A DNA stretch of 60,675 nucleotides, the filler included, from Sluysia triapertura (Eukaryota), in the NCBI GenBank assembly GCA_046118255.1. It is 4 parts of 4 records of this genome, joined end to end, with 100 filler letters (N's around TTAATTAATTAA, not from the genome) between each part and the next. Parts side by side here need not be neighbours in the genome. Positions count along the whole stretch, not along the records: positions 42,873 to 60,675 come from JBJNIA010185168.1; 3 more parts are not named here. One strand, given 5' to 3'. Position numbers and translations under genes: made by a program. A model generated the notes under the pieces. The model was not told where the DNA came from and searched no databases. It saw nothing but the letters and a program-made list of their open reading frames with translations. Shown here piece after piece: positions 50,944 through 60,675 of the stretch. The number at the start of each line of letters is the position of its first letter. Position 1 is the stretch's first letter.

Positions 50944-52229
50944 GTACGTTTTTCTATTTCTGTGATAAATTATGTTGTAGTATATATTAATTAAGTAAAA
51001 CAAATGTATTTATCTAATATTTACAATATAAAATAAGCAAGTTAAAAAGTAAAATATTTTATATTTGAAGCTGTGGATTAAAAAATAAATCTTAAGTATT
51101 TTTATTGCAATCCGTGACGACTCCTCAGAAGACACTATAATTCCGGAAATATTTATCTTAAACATGATTTTTGAGGGAAATATCTGTTTTAAGGTTAAAA
51201 TTTTAACTTCAGTGACATTTTTGTCACCATCAAATACTTCAAATACTTTACCAGCAATATACCCAAATTTAAATTTAATGTGAATTGAATTTACCAGCCT
51301 TGAATTATTAAGCGCACTAAGATGCTTGTTTTGAAATTTGTCAACATATTTTCTGTCACAACTATTTCAATATCTATTGTTTCAATACTATTTTTCATGC
51401 TTCAAGAAATATAAGTTCTCTCTCTTCATAACGTTAAACATTCAAAGTCTAATTCATATCGTATTCATAATTAATCTCTTGTATTCGATAGGATGTTTGC
51501 TATGTTCATTAAGAGTGGAATTACAAACAAAATAAATGACATCGGTAGATTTTAAAGCCTATTTTAGAAATTATAGATAACATGACTGTGTGTATAATAA
51601 ATTTACTTTGATATCAATAACATCAAGATTCTTATAATGTTGAGAAAGGCATTCGAAAATTCCGTAAATATACAGATTTTTGTGTTCTATTTATACTATT
51701 ACGCTAATTTATAATCAAGGAAACGCAAATATTAAAGTTATTTCTTTGCATAGAACTCCAAAAGTCTTGAATTCTTTGAAGCATACAAATGGTGATGTGA
51801 GAATCTTTTTTAGTGAAAACAATTTGTTATAGATAAAATAACCTATTGATGAAATTCATAAGTTGTCAGTTCATTCGAAATTTGAAGGAGGAGCATTAGA
51901 TGAATGTGTAACGTTGATTTATTTTATTGAAGGTGGCTGAAACATTAAATATGAAGTTTATTTAAAATATTTAAAAGTTCATTTTTGTGTCATGGAAATA
52001 ATGCTTATTCAAAAATCTGCAATACATAAATAAAATAATACATAAATATGTATCGAAATTGCGTAGCCTTCTAGTTCTCGAGACGTTTTTTGATATAGTT
52101 TCGATATATTTAAAATAAATTCAGTTCAGCATAAATAATTTATATTAGTACAATTATATTCTTGCCAAGAGAAGCAGATGGTGATATAAATACAGTTATA
52201 TTTTTATTTGTATAAATAATTATGTTTAG

Positions 52230-52609
52230 CTGAAACCGGATTTGGATAATTCAGTATATTGTGATATATTTCCTTTGGATGACAGTAAGCTACTAAAAAG
52301 AATTGAAAATTCAAAAATATCGAATAAATTGTATCACAAGGAACTTTCACCAATAGAAATAATTATGAAATTATTTAAAGAAGTGATTAAAGTAAATTAA
52401 TATATTTAATTAAATAATATTTTTAGACAATATCTGTAGTTTCTAAAGGACGTACTAAGACATTTTCAGAATTTAAGGATATTATTCAACCTTTGTCAAT
52501 TACGATACCATTTTTTATTGATTTTATGACTGAGAAATTAGATAAAAAAGTAAAGGATGGGCAAACATGTCGACATCAAGTCAAACAAATAATGCCCGAC
52601 ATAGATGCC
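52230..52609 (+). CDS. Two exons (52230-52391, 52427-52609; 35-nt intron) of the Rif1-like gene
   Basis: Phase-0 GT-AG junctions give LKPDLDNSVYCDIF...LSPIEIIMKLFKEVIK / TISVVSK...IIQPLSITIPFFIDFMTEK...DIDA, in frame with the 54956 exon. Confidence 0.65.
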
Positions 52610-52637
52610 GTTAATTTTATTATTATTATTATTATTA

Positions 52638-52687
<50 letters not shown>

Positions 52688-54955
52688 TAAAATAAATCTT
52701 AAATTTATAATTTGAATTAAATTTTATTAAAATAAAGCAAAGTATCCGAGTAATTTCAAAGAAAGAGCTTAAAAATTTTGAAATTAAGAAAATCTCACGC
52801 AAATGTATTCAATATGAGAAGTAAACAAAAGAAAACAAAATAGAATGTAAGAAATACAGAGTGGAACATATCGTGTTTAAGTAGCAAGTAGTAGATTATA
52901 CTGAACCATCGCAATAATGAAAAAACATGATTTTATTAAACAGGAAGTGAAAAATCAATGAAGCCAATACATCATAACCATTTAAATGAATGTACGTGAA
53001 AAAATAAATACATTATTACACGCCCAGATCAATATTGTAGAGGAAATTTTACTAATTTATAGATGAATTTGACTGCAGTACATAATTGTACAAAAAATTG
53101 TAAAATTGCATTGAAAAATCTATGGACGACAGTATGACATCAGTGGAAAGTACTACATAAAGCGGCGTTTATATATATTTTTGGTAACAATTATAAATTA
53201 CAGTGATAATTATTATGTACTTAGTTTTTATTTACAATAATTACAAATAATAAACTGTAAGTACAATATCTAATTTTTAAGTTAAAAAAGTTAAGGGCTA
53301 ATAATGTGGAGGTTAGTTCTGAACTCGTACAAATTATTTAGTTAAATTAATTTAAAAAAATAATAAATTTATTATTATTATTATATTATTCTTATCATTA
53401 TTATTATTAATAATAACCGCACATACTGAACCAAGTTATATTTGGCACATTTTAAAAATGATGTAAACAATTGTTGAAATGCATGCAGTATCATTAATGT
53501 TTTAAATTAATTTTTCATGTTACATAGAACTATCGATAAAATTATCCAAATTAAAATGATTTTAAATGATAATTTATATTAGTTTCTAAATCAGTTTCTA
53601 AATCATTTTCAAGTAATTGTATTTTTCTTGATCTGAAAAATTCCTAGACTGTCCCCAAGATTCTATGACGTCACTGAAAGTAGATAGGCAAGAAATCTTT
53701 TAAACCTTTAGGAATTTATAAGTGGATAAACGAAACTGCCATAATTATAAAGTGTTGCAAAAGAAAGGTAGATGAGTATCAAAAAACATTAAATTGAAAG
53801 CTCACGTTATCGTCAAAGAAATATTTATTAATATTTTTTAATTTTATGATTCAAAGTAGAAGTAAATTAGACAAAAACTACATTATAACCAGAAAATATC
53901 GTTTGTAAATTTTACAATTTATTCAAAGGAAACAACTACAATGACATCTTTTATATTTAGTTCACGGACTATACTCGCGAATATACTTAATTTTAAAAAT
54001 TCAAATAACAATACCTTTATATCTTAAATGTACAAAAATCTTATTATAAGAAATTCGTTTTTGATTTATTAATTTATTAAATAAAAAAATAAAGTTTCTT
54101 GCTTTAGTTAATTTTATTCTTGCATCATTTACATAGTAATTTTTGTGCTACTTATTGACTGAACAAAGATTATCTTTACTGCAGGTATTGATTTTATATG
54201 GTAAGATTTAAAGATTCTTAAGTTTTATTTTAATTTTTGCTTTCATATACATTAAATATGTGCAATATTAGTAGCCTTGCTTTAACTATTGACTGAATGC
54301 AAATAATCATGAATGCAGATATATCAAGCATAATTTTTGAGTACGTTGAATATTGATAAAATGAATATTTCTTACGAAAAAGAAAAGTTGGTAAAATATT
54401 TTTCAGTTCTTTGTTGATGATCCAGATGAAGCAAAACATTATAAAAACATTGTTTCTGTTCATGAAGAACTTATGACGAGACTTTGCTCTACATATAATA
54501 TTGATAGCCTATCGCATTAAGCAAAACAAGTCTAAGCCATTGGATTTATGTAAGAAGTAAACAATTTGTTTTTATAAGTGATATTGTTCTTAACTAGAAT
54601 ACATTCTAATGCCGCTTATTTCAAATTTTACTTAAAAAATATTTAGATGTTTGTATTCTTGGTAGAGATAATGTTAAATAAAGAGATAATATTAAATTAA
54701 TTTTTTATTAATGCAATAAAAATTTAATTCATTTTCGAAATCTCTCTTAAACATGTAAATCTTGAATTTTCTTATTTCATGTTTACTTATTTGGTCCAAT
54801 ATTTTGCCAGCAATATAAAGGGATGAATATGGGTGAATAATCTTACAATCATGATAAGGTTTATTTATTTTCTAGAAAAAGTATGTTTTTTTCAAATATA
54901 TTCTTATATTTATGATCCAAAACATACAAACTATTAAAATGAATTCATAATTTAG

Positions 54956-55252
54956 ATTGAAGAAATGATAATTATTATTATGTCACGTATTGATCCAATG
55001 CATGCAAATGAAGATATAGATGTAATTAAACAATTATTCGAAGAAACATTGCCAATTTTTACATCGATATTTGGTCAAAAACAGCTTATCCTTAATAGGT
55101 TTACATTAAACACAAGTGTGTTAACGTGGAACAATTTTATGAAGTCATTCAGTTCTACGGGATATCCACAAATAACACAACCATTAAATAATTATCTTAT
55201 GATTCTGAAGAAATCTTTTCAGATTACAATTCCTTCACAAAATTCGAATGAT
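54956..55252 (+). CDS. RIF1: Probable Rif1 orthologue, exon encoding the end of the HEAT-like region
   Basis: QLFEETLPIFTSIFGQK...NRFTLNTSVLTWNNF...YPQITQPL...KKSFQITIP aligns with the remembered human Rif1 ELLEQLSPLLCIIFLHK-NKQIRKQSAQFWNATF...YPEELKPVL...KQKFLLLLP. Acceptor tttag, donor GAT|GTAAGT. The exon is solid; the identity is moderate. Confidence 0.55.
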
Positions 55253-55351
55253 GTAAGTTTGTAAAAACTGAAAACTTAAAAAAGTTATGAGTAGTAAAAT
55301 TTACCATTTTTTAATGTTATCAATTACATTAAATAATAATAATAATAATAA

Positions 55352-55402
<51 letters not shown>

Positions 55403-57469
55403 TATATCAATTTATGTAGCACTAATATAAAATATATAAATGTTTAGAATACAACATTTATAATATTTCCGAAATAGAAAGAACTTAATATTTTTCATAA
55501 TCTTCCAGTGATTCACATTTTTCGTAGCTGATTTATATTTTTGAAACGGATGACATAATCTATCATTTATCTTATCATCAACTGTACATTCTGTAGAAAT
55601 TATTATATCTTAATCACATTCATTTTAGTTTCCAAATTTTTTATTATTTCCAAGAGATATTCAAGAATTTTATAATTTTGAATTATAGTCTTGCTTTTAT
55701 TGATAATCATTGTAATTCTAGGAGATCTTTTTTACTTGGAAATTATTCTTTTTGATTCATCCAACAGTAATTGCAATTTTCATACTTTTCTATACGAAAA
55801 TGAAAACATTATACTATTTTTAAAATTTATATTATTAGTTATCAATGAATGTACTATTAATTTCGCCGTATTTTTATTAAAAAATTTTCTATTACTTCAT
55901 TTTCTTTTTATTGATATTTATACTTTTTGAAATTAATATTTTTTCCAAATTCATTTTTGATTCTATGTAGCATCATATATTCCGTAGTTTTAGTTTCTAG
56001 CCTAGAATCTTATCAAATCTAATTAACTTTGTTTCACTTATCTTAGTAATTTGGTTGTTTTTATTACTGAAAATTATAAATTTCTGATGTCATTGATTTT
56101 CAGATATTTATTCTCAAACAATTAGTACTCTTGCTCTTTTAATAGCATATGACTCATTTGCATTTTATTATTAAAACATATTTTTTTAAATAATATGTTT
56201 TATTGTATTCAATTATAATACATTATTTAGAGATCTAAAAATAATATATCGAACTACATTATCAAAAAACATTTCTTTTATTCACTCTAGTTATTGTTCT
56301 AGTTAAAATGGTGTTACAAACTGATTGAAATAGATGTTAATCTCCTGGTTTTATGTATATTGAATACTGTAGCAGTTGAGGTAAGGCGTTCTGACATTTT
56401 CGTAATTGATTTAGTCACGTCGTTTTAACTTCATGTCACCTGTCATGTCGTTTTAACTTCAATATTTGACTCATAGCAGCTAATTATTTGTATAATTTAC
56501 AATAGCTTTTGATGCCTCAAAGTGCTCATAAAACACTTTGGAATCTACAAAATATATAATATAAATTACATTTTCCTCCTATGTTGGCAACCGAGCCAGC
56601 AATACCTCATAAAAACAAAACTTTCAGATAAACCAAAAGCTGAACATTATTTTCACCTAAACTAGTTTTTTCAATAAAATATTAAAAAAATGTCTATAAC
56701 TATCATAATAACATAACCTGAACTTAAAATCTAACTATAATAAATATGATTTACATGTTTCAATAAAATTTCATGCACACTTTAGGACTTAAACACAGCG
56801 CAATCATTGGCAATTAACTGTTAATAGTTAGCCCAAATAAAGCATTTACTGATTGGGAGTAAATAAATAGTATAACTTAATTTGTAATGTAATATCTAAT
56901 AAACATGCATATTTTTATTACAAAGATGCTAACAAAAATTTGCCATCATTTGTTCATTAGTTCTTCCATGGTTTCGCTTTTCTTTCGTCTATATCGTCAG
57001 ATGGAAATATTCCCCATGTTTCTCTTTTAATCTGGTGTCTCTCAGTAGCGAGTAGTCATATTTTGTCAACTTTGAAAAAAATTAACTCCCGAATATCTTC
57101 CACTTTCATCTGTGTAATTTTAAAAGAAATGACATTAAACTGAATCCTTTTAAATTCAGTATAGCATTTAATGGGTTAATGAGATTTATATGATAATAAT
57201 AATAATTGTACTTTTAATCTAATTATCTTAACATTGATAATTTATTGCTCGAAAAATTATTTTTATTTTTTTTAATTTTTTTTTGTAAGTTCTTAATTTT
57301 GTAATATGTATTGTTGGGAAAATAATTATATCTATATGTACAATTGGTTTTGGAATCAACTTCACATTGATGAAGTTATCTGAATAGAATTAAATACCTT
57401 AAGAAAATTATTAATATTAATTTGTAAAGCTTATTAAATGTACATTTATGTAAATATTTTACTTTTCAG

Positions 57470-57519
57470 ATTGAATTTATAACTAAAAAAAGAATGAAAA
57501 GAAAAAGTAATGGCATTGA
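57470..57519 (+). CDS. 50-nt micro-exon of the Rif1-like gene
   Basis: ttttcag|IEFITKKRMKRKSNGIE with donor GA|GTAGGT. It converts phase 0 to phase 2, exactly as needed to join 55252 to 58146. Confidence 0.6.
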
Positions 57520-57558
57520 GTAGGTGATTATTATATTACGGTATATATTACTTTTATA

Positions 57559-58019
57559 CCGTGTTTCCCCGAAAATAAGATCCGCCCTGAAAATAAGCCC
57601 TGGTTGATTAGTATACCTAATAAAAGTTAATGAATGGCTTAAGACGACGTTCAATGCATACTTTCATTGTCAAAGCATTCTGACTTTGACTGACTGACTA
57701 TAACAAGTTTCGGATTGTGATTCACTTTCAGACAATTCACCAAGTAAGATTTTATTAGCAATTATCAAAGCATTTCTTTTTTGTCGCACAATACCCACGA
57801 GAATGACTTAAAATAATGAAAATCAGTTAAATTAAGAATGTACATTGTGACAGAAATACGTTTAAATTTTAAATGAAATTTATAAATAATCAACTAATGA
57901 TAAGACATGCACAACTTTTAATTATCTGCGTTCCAACAGAAAAATACTATCATAATTCTCTACTTTCTAATAGGACATCTCCCAAAAATAAGTCCTGTCT
58001 TATTTTCGGAGAAACACGG
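57559..58019. mobile_element. pogo/Tigger-type MITE (461 bp) in an intron
   Basis: TIRs CCGTGTTTCCCCGAAAATAAGA / TCTTATTTTCGGAGAAACACGG flanked by TA on both sides; subterminal aaaataag repeats. Confidence 0.9.
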
Positions 58020-58045
58020 TATTTTTATTACTATTATTATATTAT

Positions 58046-58055
<10 letters not shown>

Positions 58056-58142
<87 letters not shown>

Positions 58143-58144
58143 TA
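58056..58144. repeat. (AAT)n immediately followed by (ATT)n, abutting a splice acceptor
   Basis: Direct reading; the two tracts are mutually complementary. Confidence 0.9.
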
Positions 58145-58145
58145 G

Positions 58146-58905
58146 ATGTATTCAAAATGCAAGACAAACATTAAAGAAAGCCAAGATAACGGAGGAATTG
58201 CCATTAGAAGAGATAGTTACAATAGAAAAATCTCAGTGTTATCATGTGATAGAATTTGGTGATTCGACATCACAATCGACAGAATCACTTAATTATGATA
58301 CTTATCAAGTGGATATAGATGAAATATCAAATGCAGTTAATGATATATTGGGTGTTTCAGATAGTACTGTTGATCAGACGGAATCAGATATAGACAATAA
58401 AAATAAATTTGAACACATAAATAATACTGATACTGAAATTTCGAAAATTATTGACAAATCCATATTAGGTGTTGAAAAAATGCAATCAGAATCAAGTGAC
58501 AAGGATAGTGAAATGAAAGAAGCTTCAGATGAATTTAAATTCGAAGAATCTGAAACTAATGAACACGTAAAAATTAATGATGAAAATATAGCCGAATTCG
58601 AATATGAAACTAATTTTTGTGAAAAACAATCGAATGAAATTAGAACTATTATTGAATTCGAAAATTTTGATAATGCAAATTTAAATGAAGAAGTTAATGT
58701 TTTAATTAGTTCATGTCTAGAAGAACCTACTTCTGTGGATTTCGATAAAGAAAATATTCACATGAATCAACAAATGAAATTAGATTGTATTGAGGCACGT
58801 CAAGAAGCAAATGACAAAGAAACAACTTTAATCTCGACAAAAAATAATGAACAAGTAGAAATTAGTTCACAAAATAATAAAAATAATCGAATATTAAAGG
58901 AAACA

Positions 58906-58952
<47 letters not shown>

Positions 58953-59222
58953 TAATAATAATAATAATAAAATTGGCAATGATATTGATATTGAAAAAGT
59001 TAATGGTAATCTTTTAACAACAAATGAAAATGACAGTCAAATTTTAATTGATAATCAGAACGATTTTCCTTTAATTTCAGAACAACTTACACCTATATCT
59101 AAAGTAACAAATGCAAGCATTTCTGTTTCAACAACAAACGGCAGTAATCACAAAAGCTTTTTTACTCGTTCATATCATTTAAGGTCGCAGCGAAATGTTT
59201 CACCTTTGATATCTAAATCAAC

Positions 59223-59224
<2 letters not shown>
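58146..59224 (+). CDS. Large acidic, low-complexity exon with poly-Asn (disordered region of the Rif1-like protein)
   Basis: More than 1 kb open, E/D/S/N-rich. Phase-2 AG acceptor; likely donor A|GTATTA before the (ATT)n tract at 59226-59304. The poly-Ile tail in the ORF track is intronic. Confidence 0.75.
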
Positions 59225-59302
<78 letters not shown>

Positions 59303-60675
59303 TATTCTGTTACTTTAGATATTTATATTATTATGTTACTTTAGATATTTATATTATTACGTTATAGTATAACTTGACTTTAAGTTTAAGTATTTTAAGT
59401 ATTTCTTTTTTTGATTTGCTGCGTTTAGTTTTGTAAATATTCATAATCATAATCAACCAAATTAGTTATATTCATTATCTTGCAACTATACCATATGAGA
59501 AATTAATAAAATAAAACTATAATGTAAATAAAACATTATATAATTTTTAACATTTAATTTAAAATAGAGTTATTTTCCAAAACACAAAACAACCTTTTCT
59601 AAAACAGAAATAAAAAATTCTATAATGTTCTGGACGAATATATATTTGTAACAATCTATACAATCTATTGTACAATTTATATTGACGATCCAGTAAGAAC
59701 GATTTTAAAAATTTATTTTGATAACGATATTTTAAATTTAATTTCTCGTAAGATGGTTTTATTCACAAGAGTAAAATTTTAAAATCTCACATAAATTCAT
59801 TTTTAAAAATTATTTTGCCCACCCCGATTTAATGAAAATAAACATTTTAATTTTTTAACTTATATTTTATCCTCTCTTTCTTATTAGTCTAATCTGTCTG
59901 TAAATTTTATTTAATTATTTGAATTAATATATTTTCGTAATTTTGTTAAACATTGTTTCTGTGAATCAGTAAAAGTGTATAAACATATAAAGGTTAAAAA
60001 TTACAGATAGTAATATATTGCATAACTTACTCAAAACACGCTCTAATATTAGAAGTTAAGATCAATAGAGAATTGTTTTTGAATATATGTTATTTAAAAA
60101 CTTCCATAGAAATTTTAGATCCTTATTTTAAATTTAATCTATGTACGTTAGAAAGTTTTTTGTTAAATTCTACAATAAAATTGTTCACTTATAGTTACAG
60201 GTACGTCCACGTTACGTCATAAGTCGTACACTGTAACCGAATTCTGATTAAAATTATTTTGACGTAGGTTAAGAATAGAAAGACTGCATTATAATTTTTA
60301 ACTTTTAATTTTAAAATAAATGTTTAAATAAATTAATTTGATTTAAAAACGTAATATTTGGTTGAATAAATATCACTATTAAAATAAGAAAGTTTGTGAT
60401 AAGTTATACTTAACTTAGTGAATACTGAGATTATTTGAGATTCTATTTAAATAAATTAAATTGATATTGGTGTATTATTACTTTTAATTTAAAATACGCA
60501 AAAATAATATAACTAGAGCACAGGGGCATAATTTAATAAAATTTGCATATTTATGTTTATTATTCTTCTCTTTTTAAAGATGTAACCATTTTTAACACTA
60601 AGATATGTTAGGACATTACTCCTATAATAATAATACTTGTAGTAGTAGTATTCGTCGTCGTGGGAGTATTATATA

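Overview
Very AT-rich (roughly 20-25% GC by eye) eukaryotic, most likely invertebrate animal, genomic DNA. It is not one continuous locus. Three identical 100-bp spacers (N44-TTAATTAATTAA-N44 at 15686-15785, 28857-28956 and 42773-42872) join four contigs, although shared repeat families suggest a single genome. Contig 1 (1-15685) carries four phase-compatible minus-strand exons of a ZSWIM8/EBAX-1/Dora orthologue. On the opposite strand, probably inside a ZSWIM8 intron, lie a 516-codon ORF of degenerate 23-aa repeats and a cluster of three perfect hairpins. Contig 2 has small Lys-rich minus-strand exons and decayed ORFs. Contig 3 has plus-strand spectrin-repeat (nesprin/MSP-300-like) exons. Contig 4 has plus-strand exons of a probable Rif1 orthologue (end of the HEAT region plus an acidic disordered region) and a TOM1-like VHS pseudogene. 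Introns are either tiny (35-56 nt) or several kb long and filled with decayed L2/CR1 LINEs, mariner, Tc1/IS630, Tc3-like, pogo/Tigger and hAT elements, gene-like relics and (AAT/ATT)n microsatellites. All homology calls are from remembered family motifs, not database searches. No tRNA, rRNA or CRISPR features were seen.
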